A stretch of 50,145 nt of DNA from Opitutia bacterium (GCA_050506795.1 JBJHCF010000041.1:1-50145), one strand, 5' to 3'; positions 33,436-43,954 are shown, numbered from the stretch's first letter. Numbers and translations: made by a program. The notes: generated by a model from the sequence alone, not told the origin.

Positions 33436-34322
33436 TAATTCACTGTTGAAAAAAGACCGCGGGCGAGATCAGGCAGCGATTCACCCAGTTTCCCGGGATC
33501 AAAAGCTTCCGTCGGAAGGGCGACGTTCATTGCAGCCCGATTCACTTGGAAACGGGTCTTGTCCCGGGTGGTCTCGTCGCGAAGATCAATCGTCTTTACG
33601 ATCCATTCGTCCTGTACCTTCTTAAAATCGATCACGGAGAAGACCCGCTGCACCCGATCGTCGCGCCCCAGGCTTTCCGCCCTGAAGAGGGCCTGAAACT
33701 CGGCATCGAGGTACATGCGCACCGCCTGCAATTGGGGACGTCGCTCCCGCAATTCGTCGGGAGGGGTCATGGCGAAAATATGGCAGGGGCGGCCACGTAC
33801 CCGATAGATGCCCTCATAGTCAAAATCCTCCCAGTAAACAAACGGCATCTGCAAGTCAAACGGCGTGTAATCCGTTCCCATTATGGGCACAAACCAATCT
33901 TCCACCTCCAGGCGGCGTACCTCAAAATCTCCGAGTTCATTCCGGTGCGCCTTCCAAATCGCGGCGGATTCGCCACTGCGGACCAGCAAACGAACGGCCT
34001 CCGCCGGATTACGACGATCCTTCAACTCCAATAACGTCACCGGCCCGGCAGCATCGCGGGTTCCCCACATACGGCCGTCCAGAAACCGTTCAGAGCCACG
34101 GAACGGCATGGTGCGCAGCTCGAATTCGAAACTGTATCCGGCCCGCACTCCCAGTTGCCGGAACTCCCGCAAAAACGCCGCCCCGCTCTCGGGGTCGAGT
34201 TCCTCGATAGGGTCCACCCGGTCTGTGATCCTGCGCTGGGCCTCGCATTCCATGACCGGAAACAGCAAGGACGGGAGCAACAACCCGATAACCCAAAAAT
34301 ATCTGCAGAAGAAAATCATCAA
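33435..34322 (-). CDS. Exported LolA-like (outer-membrane lipoprotein-sorting family) protein
   Basis: Signal peptide, GTDYTPFDL motif, C-terminal FKKVQDEWIVKTIDLRD beta region. Confidence 0.6.
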   Translation of the reverse strand: MMIFFCRYFWVIGLLLPSLLFPVMECEAQRRITDRVDPIEELDPESGAAFLREFRQLGVRAGYSFEFELRTMPFRGSERFLDGRMWGTRDAAGPVTLLELKDRRNPAEAVRLLVRSGESAAIWKAHRNELGDFEVRRLEVEDWFVPIMGTDYTPFDLQMPFVYWEDFDYEGIYRVRGRPCHIFAMTPPDELRERRPQLQAVRMYLDAEFQALFRAESLGRDDRVQRVFSVIDFKKVQDEWIVKTIDLRDETTRDKTRFQVNRAAMNVALPTEAFDPGKLGESLPDLARGLFSTVN

Positions 34323-34399
34323 TCGTGCCGACTCGCGAACTCGCGAGACGGATCATAGAAAATCGTTAGGACAGCGCCCTCCGACCAACCAGGTCGGCA

Positions 34400-34879
34400 T
34401 CAATCCTGTCCGTTCGCCGGTTGGCTTTCCTGGTCTTCGACCTCAACCCCGGATTCGGGTTCCTCGCCAACTGCCGGGTCCGATGTTTCGATCAGGAGTT
34501 CTTCACCGGTGATCGTCTCCTCGAAGGTTTCCGGATCGATCATACCTTCCAGGCTTTCGTCTCCGGCGGGAGGCTGATCCGCTTCCTCGACCGGAGTAAT
34601 CTCATCCAGGCCTCGCTGAGGTATTCCCGCCTGATAACGCTGGTGCTGGTGAGCGAGGTAGATTCCGAAACTCAAAACAAAAAACACCACGGAGCAATAG
34701 ATCGTCGCCTTCCTCAACACCGTGTTGGTTTCCGCTCCGAAGGCGGATTCCGCCGCACCCCCACCCATGGCGGCGCCGAGACCTCCGTCCGACTTCGCCT
34801 TCTGCATCAGAATGATGAGAATCATGAAAAGACTTACCAGAAGCAGAAATACGGTGAACAGTGCGATGAGAAAGCTCAT
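34400..34879 (-). CDS. secG: Preprotein translocase SecG with an acidic C-terminal extension
   Basis: TM1-LMQKAKSDGGLGAAMGGG...FG...LRKAT-TM2; ATG at 34879. Confidence 0.9.
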   Translation of the reverse strand: MSFLIALFTVFLLLVSLFMILIILMQKAKSDGGLGAAMGGGAAESAFGAETNTVLRKATIYCSVVFFVLSFGIYLAHQHQRYQAGIPQRGLDEITPVEEADQPPAGDESLEGMIDPETFEETITGEELLIETSDPAVGEEPESGVEVEDQESQPANGQD

Positions 34880-34916
34880 GAAAATAAACCCGGTACAAGG
34901 AAATGAAAAAAGAAAG

Positions 34917-34945
34917 AGATTGCCATGACCGCAAAACGGACGCAA
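34917..34945 (-). promoter_or_regulatory. Putative secG promoter
   Basis: TTGCGT-N17-CAATCT, 37 nt upstream of the ATG. Confidence 0.35.
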
Positions 34946-35107
34946 GGGGAAAATAATCACCATCGCGGCAGGGCCACGGATTTTTCATTTGGCCTCCCCA
35001 AGCCGCATGTCTGGCGGAGTCAGTTCCCTCCATTCCCCAACGACCGTTTCCACGACCCAATGTTCCGGAGGTCGGGAGACCGCGTCCGAAATATTCCGCG
35101 AGCACCA

Positions 35108-36100
35108 CTACCCCACCAAAGCGTCGTTGACCCCGATCTTCTCCATGATCCGGGTCAGGTCGTCGTTCCCCTGGTACTCAATAATCAGCCGGCCCTTCTT
35201 GGGCGAATGTTTGAGACTGACGCGCGCATTCAGGGCGGAGGAGATTCGCTTTTCGATATCGCGAATAGCCGAGGCCTCGGCCGCCGGCGCAGGACGGTCT
35301 CCATTGCGGCGAACGCTCTGCACACGACGAACCGCATTCTCCAGTGCCCGCACACTCAAGCCTTCCTCGATCACCTTGCGCGCCAGGAGCAGGCGCGACT
35401 CGCCGCTCTCCACTCCCAGCAATACCTTGGAATGGCCGGTCGAAAGCAGGCCGCGCGATAAATAACCCTGGATTTCCTGCTCCAATTGCAGCAGACGCAA
35501 GCCGTTGGCCACCGTCGCCCGACCCTTGCCCACCCGTTCGGCCACAGCCTCCTGAGTCAGGTCGAAGTCGCGCATTAGACTGGAATACCCCATCGCCTCT
35601 TCGATCGGGTTCAAGCCTTCCCGCTGCAAATTCTCTATCAACGAAAGCGATGCCGAGGAAGCGTCGCTGGCCTCAATCACCCGGGCGGGCAGCTTGCGCA
35701 TCTGGAGCGTCTGACAGGCGCGCCAACGCCTTTCGCCCGCGATCAGCTGATAACGCTCTCCCACCGGACGCACCACGATCGGTTGCAGGAGTCCCTCGGA
35801 TCGAATGCTTTCCATCAACTCCCGCAGATGGGCTTCATCGAAATCTTTGCGAGGCTGATAAGGATTGGGATCAATCAGCGAGACCGCGATCTCCCGATAC
35901 CCATTAACGCTAACCTGTTCGGGCGCGGGTGCTCTCGGCGTTCCCGATTTTTTCCCAGCCGAGCCGGTCTCTTTCGCTTTCGCCTTGCCGTTGACCTTTT
36001 TCGCGGGCGCCGATGAGCCCGAAACCTTTTTGCCGGCCGCCGTACCGCCGGAGATCAACCCCCCCAAACCTCTTCCCAATCTTGATTTGGATCCCGCCAT
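35108..36100 (-). CDS. parB: Chromosome partitioning protein ParB/Spo0J
   Basis: LGRGLGGL N-terminal peptide, PNPYQPRKDF, AGERRWRA, ENLQREGLNPIEEA, HTH. Confidence 0.95.
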   Translation of the reverse strand: MAGSKSRLGRGLGGLISGGTAAGKKVSGSSAPAKKVNGKAKAKETGSAGKKSGTPRAPAPEQVSVNGYREIAVSLIDPNPYQPRKDFDEAHLRELMESIRSEGLLQPIVVRPVGERYQLIAGERRWRACQTLQMRKLPARVIEASDASSASLSLIENLQREGLNPIEEAMGYSSLMRDFDLTQEAVAERVGKGRATVANGLRLLQLEQEIQGYLSRGLLSTGHSKVLLGVESGESRLLLARKVIEEGLSVRALENAVRRVQSVRRNGDRPAPAAEASAIRDIEKRISSALNARVSLKHSPKKGRLIIEYQGNDDLTRIMEKIGVNDALVG

Positions 36101-36103
36101 AAC

Positions 36104-36826
36104 TCAGTCTCTCTGTGGAATAAAAAGCGTTTGCCCCACGCGCAGGCGGTTCGGATCTTCGATCCTGTTGGCATTCACGATATCGCGCACCCGGGCGTTG
36201 TGTCGCGACGCGATGCTCGAAAGCGTGTCACCCTGCCGCACGGTATAACTGACCCCCTCCTCCGGGAAATCATCGGCGAACGAAGGCGTCGATGGCGCCG
36301 GAGCGCTCGAAGTCGCGCCGCCACCGGAAGAGGAAATATTGCGGGCCAGAGTGTCCATCGCCCGCTGGGTTTCGCGCGCCAATTCATCGATTTGGCGGCT
36401 CACCTGCTCTATTATTTCCCGTCGTTGATCGCGGCTGGCCCGGCGGATGTTTTCCGCCATTTCCTCCAGCGCTCGATTGACCTGGCTCATGGTGGCGAAA
36501 TTACCAGTCTGGCGCGATTGCGAGTCACGCAACACCCCTTCGTACTCCCGCATGCGCGCCTCCAGGGTGCGATTGTTGCGCTGCAGTTCTTCTATTACAA
36601 GGTTCTGCTCGCGGACCATACTGCTCAACCCGCGAATATCCTCCCGCATGGCGGCAATCTGCGCCATGCTGCTGCCCGCCGGGTAAGCGCGATCACGATC
36701 GGCGGCGGAAGCGGAGGATGGTCGAGTCAAATCAGCGGAGGTATCTGCACGCTGCGCCGTAAGCGTCACCGCGGCCAACCCGATGAGGGCGGCGAGTAGG
36801 ATCAAATAAGGTCTTGGCATAGGCAT
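36104..36826 (-). CDS. Exported coiled-coil protein with a C-terminal LysM domain
   Basis: Signal peptide, helical middle region, YTVRQGDTLSSIA...LRVGQTLFIP. Confidence 0.88.
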   Translation of the reverse strand: MPMPRPYLILLAALIGLAAVTLTAQRADTSADLTRPSSASAADRDRAYPAGSSMAQIAAMREDIRGLSSMVREQNLVIEELQRNNRTLEARMREYEGVLRDSQSRQTGNFATMSQVNRALEEMAENIRRASRDQRREIIEQVSRQIDELARETQRAMDTLARNISSSGGGATSSAPAPSTPSFADDFPEEGVSYTVRQGDTLSSIASRHNARVRDIVNANRIEDPNRLRVGQTLFIPQRD

Positions 36827-36930
36827 GGTCTATTTATGCGGAATCGGCGCGGAAACGCAAGTCAGTATGGACCGGACCGTAGGCAGAGGAGACAGGGCGC
36901 ACGAACATAAGTAAAACGCTTGCTCGATCG

Positions 36931-37941
36931 TCAACGGCGTTGCGCTGGCGGAAACGGAACCTCGGAAACCAGGGGAGGCATGGAACCCGACTCCACCGCT
37001 TCTCCGGGCGCGATCGACAGTCCGCGCAAAAAGTCATCCGCCGGCAACATTCGGCCGCCGGGCCGCTGCAACTCCAGCAACCGCAAAACGCCATCGCCGC
37101 TCGCCACACAAAGCGCCCCCTCGCGCAATCCCAGGATCGTGCCGGGCGACCCCGGGGCCATTCCCGGTTCCCAGTCCGCCCGGCCGACCCGAATTACCGC
37201 GTCACCCCGGGAAAATCGAGCCCCGGGCCAGGGTTGGAGAGCGTTGATCCTCCGAGCCAGGACCGACGCGGGTTGCAAAAAATCCAGTTCCGCATCCGTC
37301 TTCTGCAGTTTGCGGGTGTAGGTGGCGGCCTCGTGATCCTGTTCCCTTTTCGCTACTTTCCCGGCCGCCATGCCCGGCAAATTGCGTTGCAGCAAGGGAA
37401 CGCACGCCTGGGCCATCCTGGCCTCCAGTTCCGGTGCGGTTTCGGTCCGTCCCACCGCGACCTTTTCCTGATCGATGATCGGCCCGGCGTCCATTTTCGG
37501 CACCATACCCATCAAGGTGACTCCGGTGACCGTCTCCCCCGAGGCCAACGCGCCCTGAATGGGCGATGCCCCGCGATACGCCGGCAGCAGGGAGGTGTGC
37601 AGATTGTAGGTCCCACGGGCCGGAAGGGTTAAGAGGCTCTTTCTGAGCAAATGCCCGTACGCCATCACCAGGAAACAATCGACTCCCAAGCCCCTGAAGC
37701 GCGCCTCCTCCGCCTCCCCCGGCTTCTCCGGCTGCCACACCGGCCAGCCCTGATCGAGTGCCCAGCTCTTGATGGCGTTGGGGGCCAGCTTCCTTCCCCG
37801 GCCGGCCGGCCGGTCGGGTTGAGTCAGAACCCCCACCGGCTCCACCCATCGCGTCCCCTGTTCCGCAAGGAATTTCAGCAGCGGCAACGCGATGGCATCC
37901 GACCCCATGAATACCAGTCTCGCTTTCTCGGCAGGAACCAT
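36931..37941 (-). CDS. fmt: Methionyl-tRNA formyltransferase
   Basis: FMGSD, TQPDRPAGRG, NLHTSLLPAYRGASPIQ, MDAGP; ATG at 37941. Confidence 0.95.
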   Translation of the reverse strand: MVPAEKARLVFMGSDAIALPLLKFLAEQGTRWVEPVGVLTQPDRPAGRGRKLAPNAIKSWALDQGWPVWQPEKPGEAEEARFRGLGVDCFLVMAYGHLLRKSLLTLPARGTYNLHTSLLPAYRGASPIQGALASGETVTGVTLMGMVPKMDAGPIIDQEKVAVGRTETAPELEARMAQACVPLLQRNLPGMAAGKVAKREQDHEAATYTRKLQKTDAELDFLQPASVLARRINALQPWPGARFSRGDAVIRVGRADWEPGMAPGSPGTILGLREGALCVASGDGVLRLLELQRPGGRMLPADDFLRGLSIAPGEAVESGSMPPLVSEVPFPPAQRR

Positions 37942-37957
37942 GGCGCCTCGATCACGT

Positions 37958-39352
37958 TTAGCGGGAGGAATCCCCGCGCGGCGGTTTACCCACCAGTTCG
38001 AACTTGATCGGACAACCCGCGAGATCGAATTCGCGTCCGATCCCCCCTTCCAAATAACGCCGGTAGGGATCGTCCAGCTTCTCAGCACGATTGCAGAAAA
38101 GCCGCACGGTAATCGGATTCGTTCCGGTCTGCACCGCGTAATAAATACGAAAACGGGTTCCCTGTTTGGCCGAGGCCGGACGTTTCTCCGCCAGCGAAAT
38201 CATCAGACGGTTCAGCCGTCCGGTCGGGAGCTTGCGATGAATCAGGTAATGGATTCGGCGGGCCGCTTTCAGCATTCGCTCAATTTCCATGCCCCGCAAA
38301 GCCGACACGAACAGGACCGGCGAGTCCGGGTGGAAAAAGAGCTCCTTGCGCACCGAGGCCGCATAGGATTCACGAAATTCCCGTTCCGTTTCATAACCTT
38401 CCAGTGTTCCCGCCTGGAACGAGTCAACCGCAAGGTCCCACTTGTTGACCAGGATCACGAACCCGCGGTAAGCCCGCATGATCATGCCCGCCAGATTCTT
38501 GTCCTGCTTCGACACGCCTTCCATGGCATCGAGGACCAGATAAACGACGTCGGCCCGCTTCACGGCCGATTCACTCCGCAACGTGGAAAAATACTCCACC
38601 GGCGATCCGAGCTTGGTCGCTTTGCGGACTCCCGCCGTATCATGCAAACGAAAAGGCCAGACCTTTCCTTCGTCCGAACGAAAGTCCAGGTCCAACTCCA
38701 CCGCATCCCTCGTCGTCCCGGGAGTGTCCGAGACGATCAGCCGCTCCGATCGCAACAGCGCGTTGCAGAGCGAGGACTTCCCCACGTTGGGACGCCCCGC
38801 GAAGCAAATACGGATCCGCTCCGAGACTTCTTCCGCCGCTTCCGCCTCCGGTTCCGGTCCCAGCCGTTCGGCGATCAACTCGCGGAGAGTTTCCTCCCCG
38901 CGCCCGTGCTCGGCGGAGAAGACCACCGGCTCTCCGAATCCCAGCCGGGCGAACTCATGGGCGTTGGCTTCCTCGCGATCGTTGTCGATTTTGTTGACCA
39001 ACAACACAACCGGTTTCCCCGATCGCCGCAAAAGATCGGCCACGATTTCATCCTGCGGCGTGAGACCCGCTTTGCCGTCGACCACAAAAAGAATCAGCCC
39101 CGACGCCTCGATCGCCAGGCCGACCTGCAGCTCCACCGCCGCCGCGATTCCTCCGGGACCGCTGGCTTCCTTCATTCCCAGACCGCCCGTATCCAGGAGC
39201 ATGTAACCGTCGATCTCCGACGAAATGACGTCACGAGTCACCCCGGGCTGGTCGTGTACGATGGACACCCGGCGGCGAACCAGACGATTAAAAATGCGGC
39301 TTTTGCCCACATTGGGGCGCCCCACCAGGGCAACAGATCGCTCGATATTCAT
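37958..39352 (-). CDS. der: Ribosome biogenesis GTPase Der/EngA
   Basis: Two G domains (GRPNVGKS twice, DTGG/DTAG, NKID/NKWD) plus a KH-like C-terminus. Confidence 0.96.
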   Translation of the reverse strand: MNIERSVALVGRPNVGKSRIFNRLVRRRVSIVHDQPGVTRDVISSEIDGYMLLDTGGLGMKEASGPGGIAAAVELQVGLAIEASGLILFVVDGKAGLTPQDEIVADLLRRSGKPVVLLVNKIDNDREEANAHEFARLGFGEPVVFSAEHGRGEETLRELIAERLGPEPEAEAAEEVSERIRICFAGRPNVGKSSLCNALLRSERLIVSDTPGTTRDAVELDLDFRSDEGKVWPFRLHDTAGVRKATKLGSPVEYFSTLRSESAVKRADVVYLVLDAMEGVSKQDKNLAGMIMRAYRGFVILVNKWDLAVDSFQAGTLEGYETEREFRESYAASVRKELFFHPDSPVLFVSALRGMEIERMLKAARRIHYLIHRKLPTGRLNRLMISLAEKRPASAKQGTRFRIYYAVQTGTNPITVRLFCNRAEKLDDPYRRYLEGGIGREFDLAGCPIKFELVGKPPRGDSSR

Positions 39353-40536
39353 TCCTTTTTGTTCCCGTTCGCCTCCAGAAACCGTCCGATCCGGTCTCCC
39401 GCCTCGATCAGAAGTTCATAACTGGTGGCGAAACAGCAGCGAACAAATCCCCGGCCAGAAGCACCGAACGCGGTTCCCGGCACCACCGCCACACGCTCCT
39501 CTTTCAGAAGCCCCACCGCAAAATCCTTTTCGCTCATACCGGTTGCCGCGGTCGAAGGAAAACAATAAAACGTGCCCCGGGGCAGGTTGCAGTTCAGTCC
39601 CAATTCATTCAAACGCCGCACCACAAAATCGCGACGCCGGTGGTACTGCTCCTTCATGTCGAGCATGCTGCGCTCGCCGTGCAGGAGGGCTTCACAGGCC
39701 GCTTCCTGGCTAAGGATCGGCGCGCACAACATACTGTACTGATGCACGCGCATCATACTCTCGATCAACTCCGCCGGACCGCAGGCGTATCCGATCCGGA
39801 ATCCGGTCATGGCAAAAGCCTTGGAAAACCCATGCAGCAGGATTGTCCGCTCCCTCATTCCGGGCAGCGTTACGATGCTGATGTGCTCTCCCTCAAAGGT
39901 GAGTTCCGAATAAATCTCGTCCGTCAGCACCACCAAATCCTTTTCCACCGCGAAGCGAGCGATCCGCTCCAGCTTCTCGCGATCGAGCGTGCCCCCGGTC
40001 GGATTGGTGGGAAAATTGAGCACCAGGATCTTGCAGCCCGGCGTCCAGGCGGCCTCAAGCGCCTCGGGATCGAGAGCAAAACCGTCCTCCGCCTTCGTCG
40101 CCACCGCCACCGGCTCGCCGTGGGCCAGGACCACCGACGGATGATAGGACACGTAACAGGGTTCGTGATACATGACCTTGTCGCCCGGATCGATCAGGGC
40201 TCGCAACGCGATGTCCAGCGCCTCCGATACGCCCACCGTCACCAGCACCTCGGTTTCGGGCTGATAACTTTCCCCGAAAAACTTTTCCACGTACCCGGAA
40301 ATCGCCCGGCATAACTGAGGCGTTCCTCGGTTCGAGGTGTAGCTGGTGCGACCGCGTTCCAGCGCATAGATCGAGGCCTCGCGAATATTCCACGGCGTCA
40401 CGAAATCCGGCTCGCCGATGCTGAGCGAAATGACGTCGTTCATGGACGAAACCAACTCGAAAAAATCCCGGATTCCCGACCGCGGCAACCCTGCCACATG
40501 ACGGGCCACAAAACGTTTGGATTCGTTGCTCATCAC
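39349..40536 (-). CDS. Class I/II aminotransferase (YugH/AlaT-like)
   Basis: SGIRDFF, GEPDF, NFPTNPTG, SKAFAMTGFRIG; coupled to the Lrp gene. Confidence 0.9.
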   Translation of the reverse strand: MMSNESKRFVARHVAGLPRSGIRDFFELVSSMNDVISLSIGEPDFVTPWNIREASIYALERGRTSYTSNRGTPQLCRAISGYVEKFFGESYQPETEVLVTVGVSEALDIALRALIDPGDKVMYHEPCYVSYHPSVVLAHGEPVAVATKAEDGFALDPEALEAAWTPGCKILVLNFPTNPTGGTLDREKLERIARFAVEKDLVVLTDEIYSELTFEGEHISIVTLPGMRERTILLHGFSKAFAMTGFRIGYACGPAELIESMMRVHQYSMLCAPILSQEAACEALLHGERSMLDMKEQYHRRRDFVVRRLNELGLNCNLPRGTFYCFPSTAATGMSEKDFAVGLLKEERVAVVPGTAFGASGRGFVRCCFATSYELLIEAGDRIGRFLEANGNKKE

Positions 40537-41021
40537 GGAGTCACCGGCGGTTTAACCGGATCGGAACTCGCCCCTTGGAGCACGAACCCCTGTTCCTTGT
40601 AGGAACGCAGCAGAAAATGAGTCGAAGTCGACAATACGCCCCCCATGCTCGCCAGGCGCTCCGACACGAACGCCGCCACGTCGTGCAGGGTTCGTCCCCG
40701 CACGAACGCCAGGAGGTCGTAACCGCCCGACATCAGGTAACAGGATTCGACTTCGGCAAAGCCGCTGATCCGCTCCGCCAACCGGTTGAAACCGCCCTCC
40801 CGCTCCGGGGTAATCTTGACCTCGATCACCGCGCGCACCGTTTCTTCCCCGTTCGCATGCGCCTCCGGGTGGAGCACCGGTCGCCAGCCGAGAAGGATCT
40901 TTTTCTTTTTGAGCTCCTCCAACTCCCGCTCGATCTCCTCGTTGGTCATGTTGAGAATCCGGGCCATTTGGCTCGTTCCCAGGGATTCCCCTTCCATCAA
41001 AAGTTTTAATACCGAGTTCAT
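40533..41021 (-). CDS. Lrp/AsnC family regulator (YugG-like)
   Basis: N-terminal HTH, IEVKITPEREGGF, YLMSGGYDL, THFLLRSYK; ATG at 41021. Confidence 0.9.
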   Translation of the reverse strand: MNSVLKLLMEGESLGTSQMARILNMTNEEIERELEELKKKKILLGWRPVLHPEAHANGEETVRAVIEVKITPEREGGFNRLAERISGFAEVESCYLMSGGYDLLAFVRGRTLHDVAAFVSERLASMGGVLSTSTHFLLRSYKEQGFVLQGASSDPVKPPVTP

Positions 41022-41181
41022 ATGGCGCAATTTTCCAAACCCCGGCTTATAGGGCATCAATTTGCAAATCTCAAATAAAGTTTTTCACCATTCCGCCGCC
41101 GGGACTTCCGAAAATACCTTGGCACAAACGGGGATTCGCCTGATAGTGTCCGATCCTTAGCGCCAAACCAGGAATATTTCC

Positions 41182-42537
41182 ATGTTCGAGTCCTTAACCG
41201 AAAAACTGAGCCACACCCTCCGCAATCTGCGCGGAGGGGGGCGCCTGACCGAAGACAACATGGCGGAGGCCCTCAAAGAGGTCCGCACCGCCCTGCTCTC
41301 GGCCGACGTGCACTTCAAGGTCGCCCGCGAGTTCATCGATCGCGTTAAAACCGAGTGCGCCGGCCAGGAGGTCATCAAGTCGGTCTCCCCGGGCCAGCAG
41401 GTGGTCAAGATCATCAACGACGAACTCACCCGCCTGCTCGGCGAAGGCGCCAACGAATTGGTTGCCAAACGGCCTCTGAAAATCATGCTGGTGGGACTGC
41501 ACGGTTCCGGGAAAACCACCTCCACCGCCAAACTGGGACGTTTTCTCACCAAGAGGGAATACAAACCGCTGCTGGTCGGCTGCGACGTTTACCGTCCGGC
41601 CGCCATCGATCAACTGGAAGCGCTCGCCCGGCAGGAATCTCTCGCTTTCTACGGTGACCGCAATACCAAAGACGTTTCCCGTATCGGCCGCGACGCCCTG
41701 AAACAGGCCTCGGCCGAAGGCGCCGACGCCATTCTCTTCGACACCGCCGGCCGCCTGCAGATCGATGAAGACCTCATCGAGGAGATCAAGAAGCTCCGCA
41801 AGCAGGTCCAGCCCGACGAAGTCCTGCTGGTCGCCGACAGCGCGCTCGGCCAGGAGGCGGTCAACGTCGCCCGCCACTTCCACGAAGCCGTTCAGCTCAC
41901 CGGCATCATCATGACCAAGCTTGACGGCGACGCCCGGGGCGGGGCCGCGCTGTCCATGAAGGCCATTACCGAGGTGCCGATCAAATTTGCCGGCACCGGG
42001 GAAAAGCCGGGTGACTTCGAGACCTTTCACCCCGACCGCATGGCCTCCCGCATCCTCGGGATGGGCGACGTGGTTTCCCTGGTCGAAAAGGCCCAGGAAA
42101 CCATCGATCAGGCCGAGGCGGAAAAGATGGCCGAGAAGATGCGCAAGGCCGACTTCAACCTGGAGGACTTCCTGGCTCAACTCCGACAGGTCAAAAAACT
42201 CGGCTCCATGGAGTCCATCCTCGGCATGTTGCCCGGTATGAGCGGCGTCAAAATCGGCGACAAGGAAACAGCCAAATTCGGCCGCACGGAAGCCATCATT
42301 CTCTCCATGACCCCGCGCGAGCGCCGCAATCCCAACCTGCTGAACGGCAGCCGCCGGATGCGCATCGCCAACGGTTCGGGCACCAAGGTGAGCGACGTCA
42401 ACCAACTCTTGAAACAATTCACCCAGATGCGCAAAATGATGAAATCAATGAAGGGCAAAAAAGGCAAAAAAATGATGCGCAGCCTCCAGGCCAAAATGGG
42501 AGAAGGCGGCGGCATGCCAAAACTTCCGGGCATGTGA
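41182..42537 (+). CDS. ffh: Signal recognition particle protein Ffh
   Basis: [28 protein letters not shown], Met-rich M domain. Confidence 0.97.
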   Translation: MFESLTEKLSHTLRNLRGGGRLTEDNMAEALKEVRTALLSADVHFKVAREFIDRVKTECAGQEVIKSVSPGQQVVKIINDELTRLLGEGANELVAKRPLKIMLVGLHGSGKTTSTAKLGRFLTKREYKPLLVGCDVYRPAAIDQLEALARQESLAFYGDRNTKDVSRIGRDALKQASAEGADAILFDTAGRLQIDEDLIEEIKKLRKQVQPDEVLLVADSALGQEAVNVARHFHEAVQLTGIIMTKLDGDARGGAALSMKAITEVPIKFAGTGEKPGDFETFHPDRMASRILGMGDVVSLVEKAQETIDQAEAEKMAEKMRKADFNLEDFLAQLRQVKKLGSMESILGMLPGMSGVKIGDKETAKFGRTEAIILSMTPRERRNPNLLNGSRRMRIANGSGTKVSDVNQLLKQFTQMRKMMKSMKGKKGKKMMRSLQAKMGEGGGMPKLPGM

Positions 42538-43367
42538 TGAAGCTTGAAGACAACTGGGAAGATATCGTTGGAAAGGCCGCAAGGGGTCTCGGCAAGAACG
42601 CCGGAACGCTCGCCGGCGAAACAGGGGCGGACCACCAAAAGGTCGCCGCGCTGCTGGAGGGCCGCCTCGACGAAGAATCCCTTGTGCGGGTCGCGCCGGC
42701 GCTCCGCCTGGATCCCGCCTTGCTCCTGGCGCTGGCGCGCGGCCAGTACCAACCCCGCCTCTCGCCGCCAGAGAGTCTGATCCCGTTCGATTTTCCCTTC
42801 CCCGTCCCCGGATACGCGGAAATGCGGGTCAATGCCTACATCGTTCATGCCCCCGGCGACCCCAACGCCCTGGTTTTCGACTGCGGCGGACGGCCCGATG
42901 AAATCGCCGCCGCCTTGCGCGAAAACAACCTTCAGGCCGCCGCTCTCTTTCTCACCCACACCCACCGCGACCACACCGCCGGCATCGACGTCCTGCGGGA
43001 ACACACTCAAGCCACCCTGTACGCCCCCGCCAACGAACCTTATCCCGGCGCAACGCCCGTCAACCCCGGCGACACCCTCAGGTTCGGCCCGCTCAGCGTT
43101 TCAGTCCGCGACACCTCGGGCCACTCCCCCGGCGGAACCACCTACGTAATCGACGGCGCCTCCGCGCCTCTCGCCATCGTCGGCGACGCCCTCTTCGCCG
43201 GCTCCGCCGGCGGAGCGCCCAACGCCTGGGAAGCCGCCCTCGACCGTATCCGTAAACAAATCCTTTCCCTCCCCGACCCCACCATTCTCTGCCCCGGCCA
43301 CGGCCCCATCACCTCCGTCGCCAACGAAAAGACCCACAACCCCCTGTTCCCCGAGTTCCACGCTTAG
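42534..43367 (+). CDS. MBL-fold metallohydrolase with an N-terminal HTH-like domain
   Basis: [26 protein letters not shown]; overlaps the ffh stop. Confidence 0.85.
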   Translation: MMKLEDNWEDIVGKAARGLGKNAGTLAGETGADHQKVAALLEGRLDEESLVRVAPALRLDPALLLALARGQYQPRLSPPESLIPFDFPFPVPGYAEMRVNAYIVHAPGDPNALVFDCGGRPDEIAAALRENNLQAAALFLTHTHRDHTAGIDVLREHTQATLYAPANEPYPGATPVNPGDTLRFGPLSVSVRDTSGHSPGGTTYVIDGASAPLAIVGDALFAGSAGGAPNAWEAALDRIRKQILSLPDPTILCPGHGPITSVANEKTHNPLFPEFHA

Positions 43368-43587
43368 CGCGATCCCTCCGGTTACAACCCAACGCCCGGA
43401 CCTCCCTCGCCTCGCGGCCTTCGGAGTTCCAGAGCGGCAGGTCGTTCTGCCGCAGGTAGTCCTCCAAAATCAGCGTGGCGGTCTGAAAACTTCGCAACTG
43501 CCGGTAGCCGCCCGCCGGTCGCAAGCGCCGCCGACGCGCCCGTGGGGGCACTCCTTCAGGTTCTGGGGTAGTCCTCTTCATAAGCAT
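43309..43587 (-). pseudogene. Internally deleted four-helix-bundle(-suffix) family gene
   Basis: N-terminal GGYRQLRSFQTATLI fused directly to the C-terminal LEDYLRQNDLPLWNSEGREAREVR; the conserved core is missing. Confidence 0.65.
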
Positions 43588-43599
43588 ATCTCCATCGGG

Positions 43600-43622
43600 T
43601 CCGATCCGTCCGATCCGACAGA
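43600..43622. repeat. Short 9-bp tandem repeat (tccgatccg units)
   Basis: tccgatccg-tccgatccg-acaga, just upstream of the four-helix remnant. Confidence 0.55.
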
Positions 43623-43673
43623 TTCCACCCATCAAAACAACCCGTCACCCTCAGTCAACCTGCCACCGAGGCT

Positions 43674-43880
43674 CATTGCAGCACCTCCCAATGCCCACCT
43701 CTGTCAGGCCAATACGGCGGATCCGGCCCTCATCCTTAAGCTTGGCGATCTGCCACTCGATGCCTTTGGCGGTAACCCCTGCCTGTTCCGCTAATTCGGC
43801 TGTGGTAATTGCGGGGTCTCCTGCGATCAGACGAAGAATTTTCTCCCTATTTTTCACCGAAGTTTTCACCGAAGTTCTTA
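43674..43880 (-). pseudogene. 3' fragment of a winged-HTH protein (C-terminal domain typical of Fic/ATP-binding proteins), frameshifted
   Basis: TSVK-TSVK 12-bp repeats, ILRLIAGDPAITTAELAE, LKDEGRIRRIG; the usual ending PDRGGHWEVLQ* lies in a shifted frame. Confidence 0.7.
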
Positions 43881-43954
43881 AGGAACCGGAGCCACCCTCA
43901 TCATGGGGATTGTCGCAGGGGCGGTCATTGGGTTCTTCCGTGGTGGTTGGCGGG

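Noticed and set aside
43309..43635. Diversity-generating retroelement (Avd-like gene)
   Set aside because: No reverse transcriptase and no TR/VR pair in the window; the gene is only a remnant
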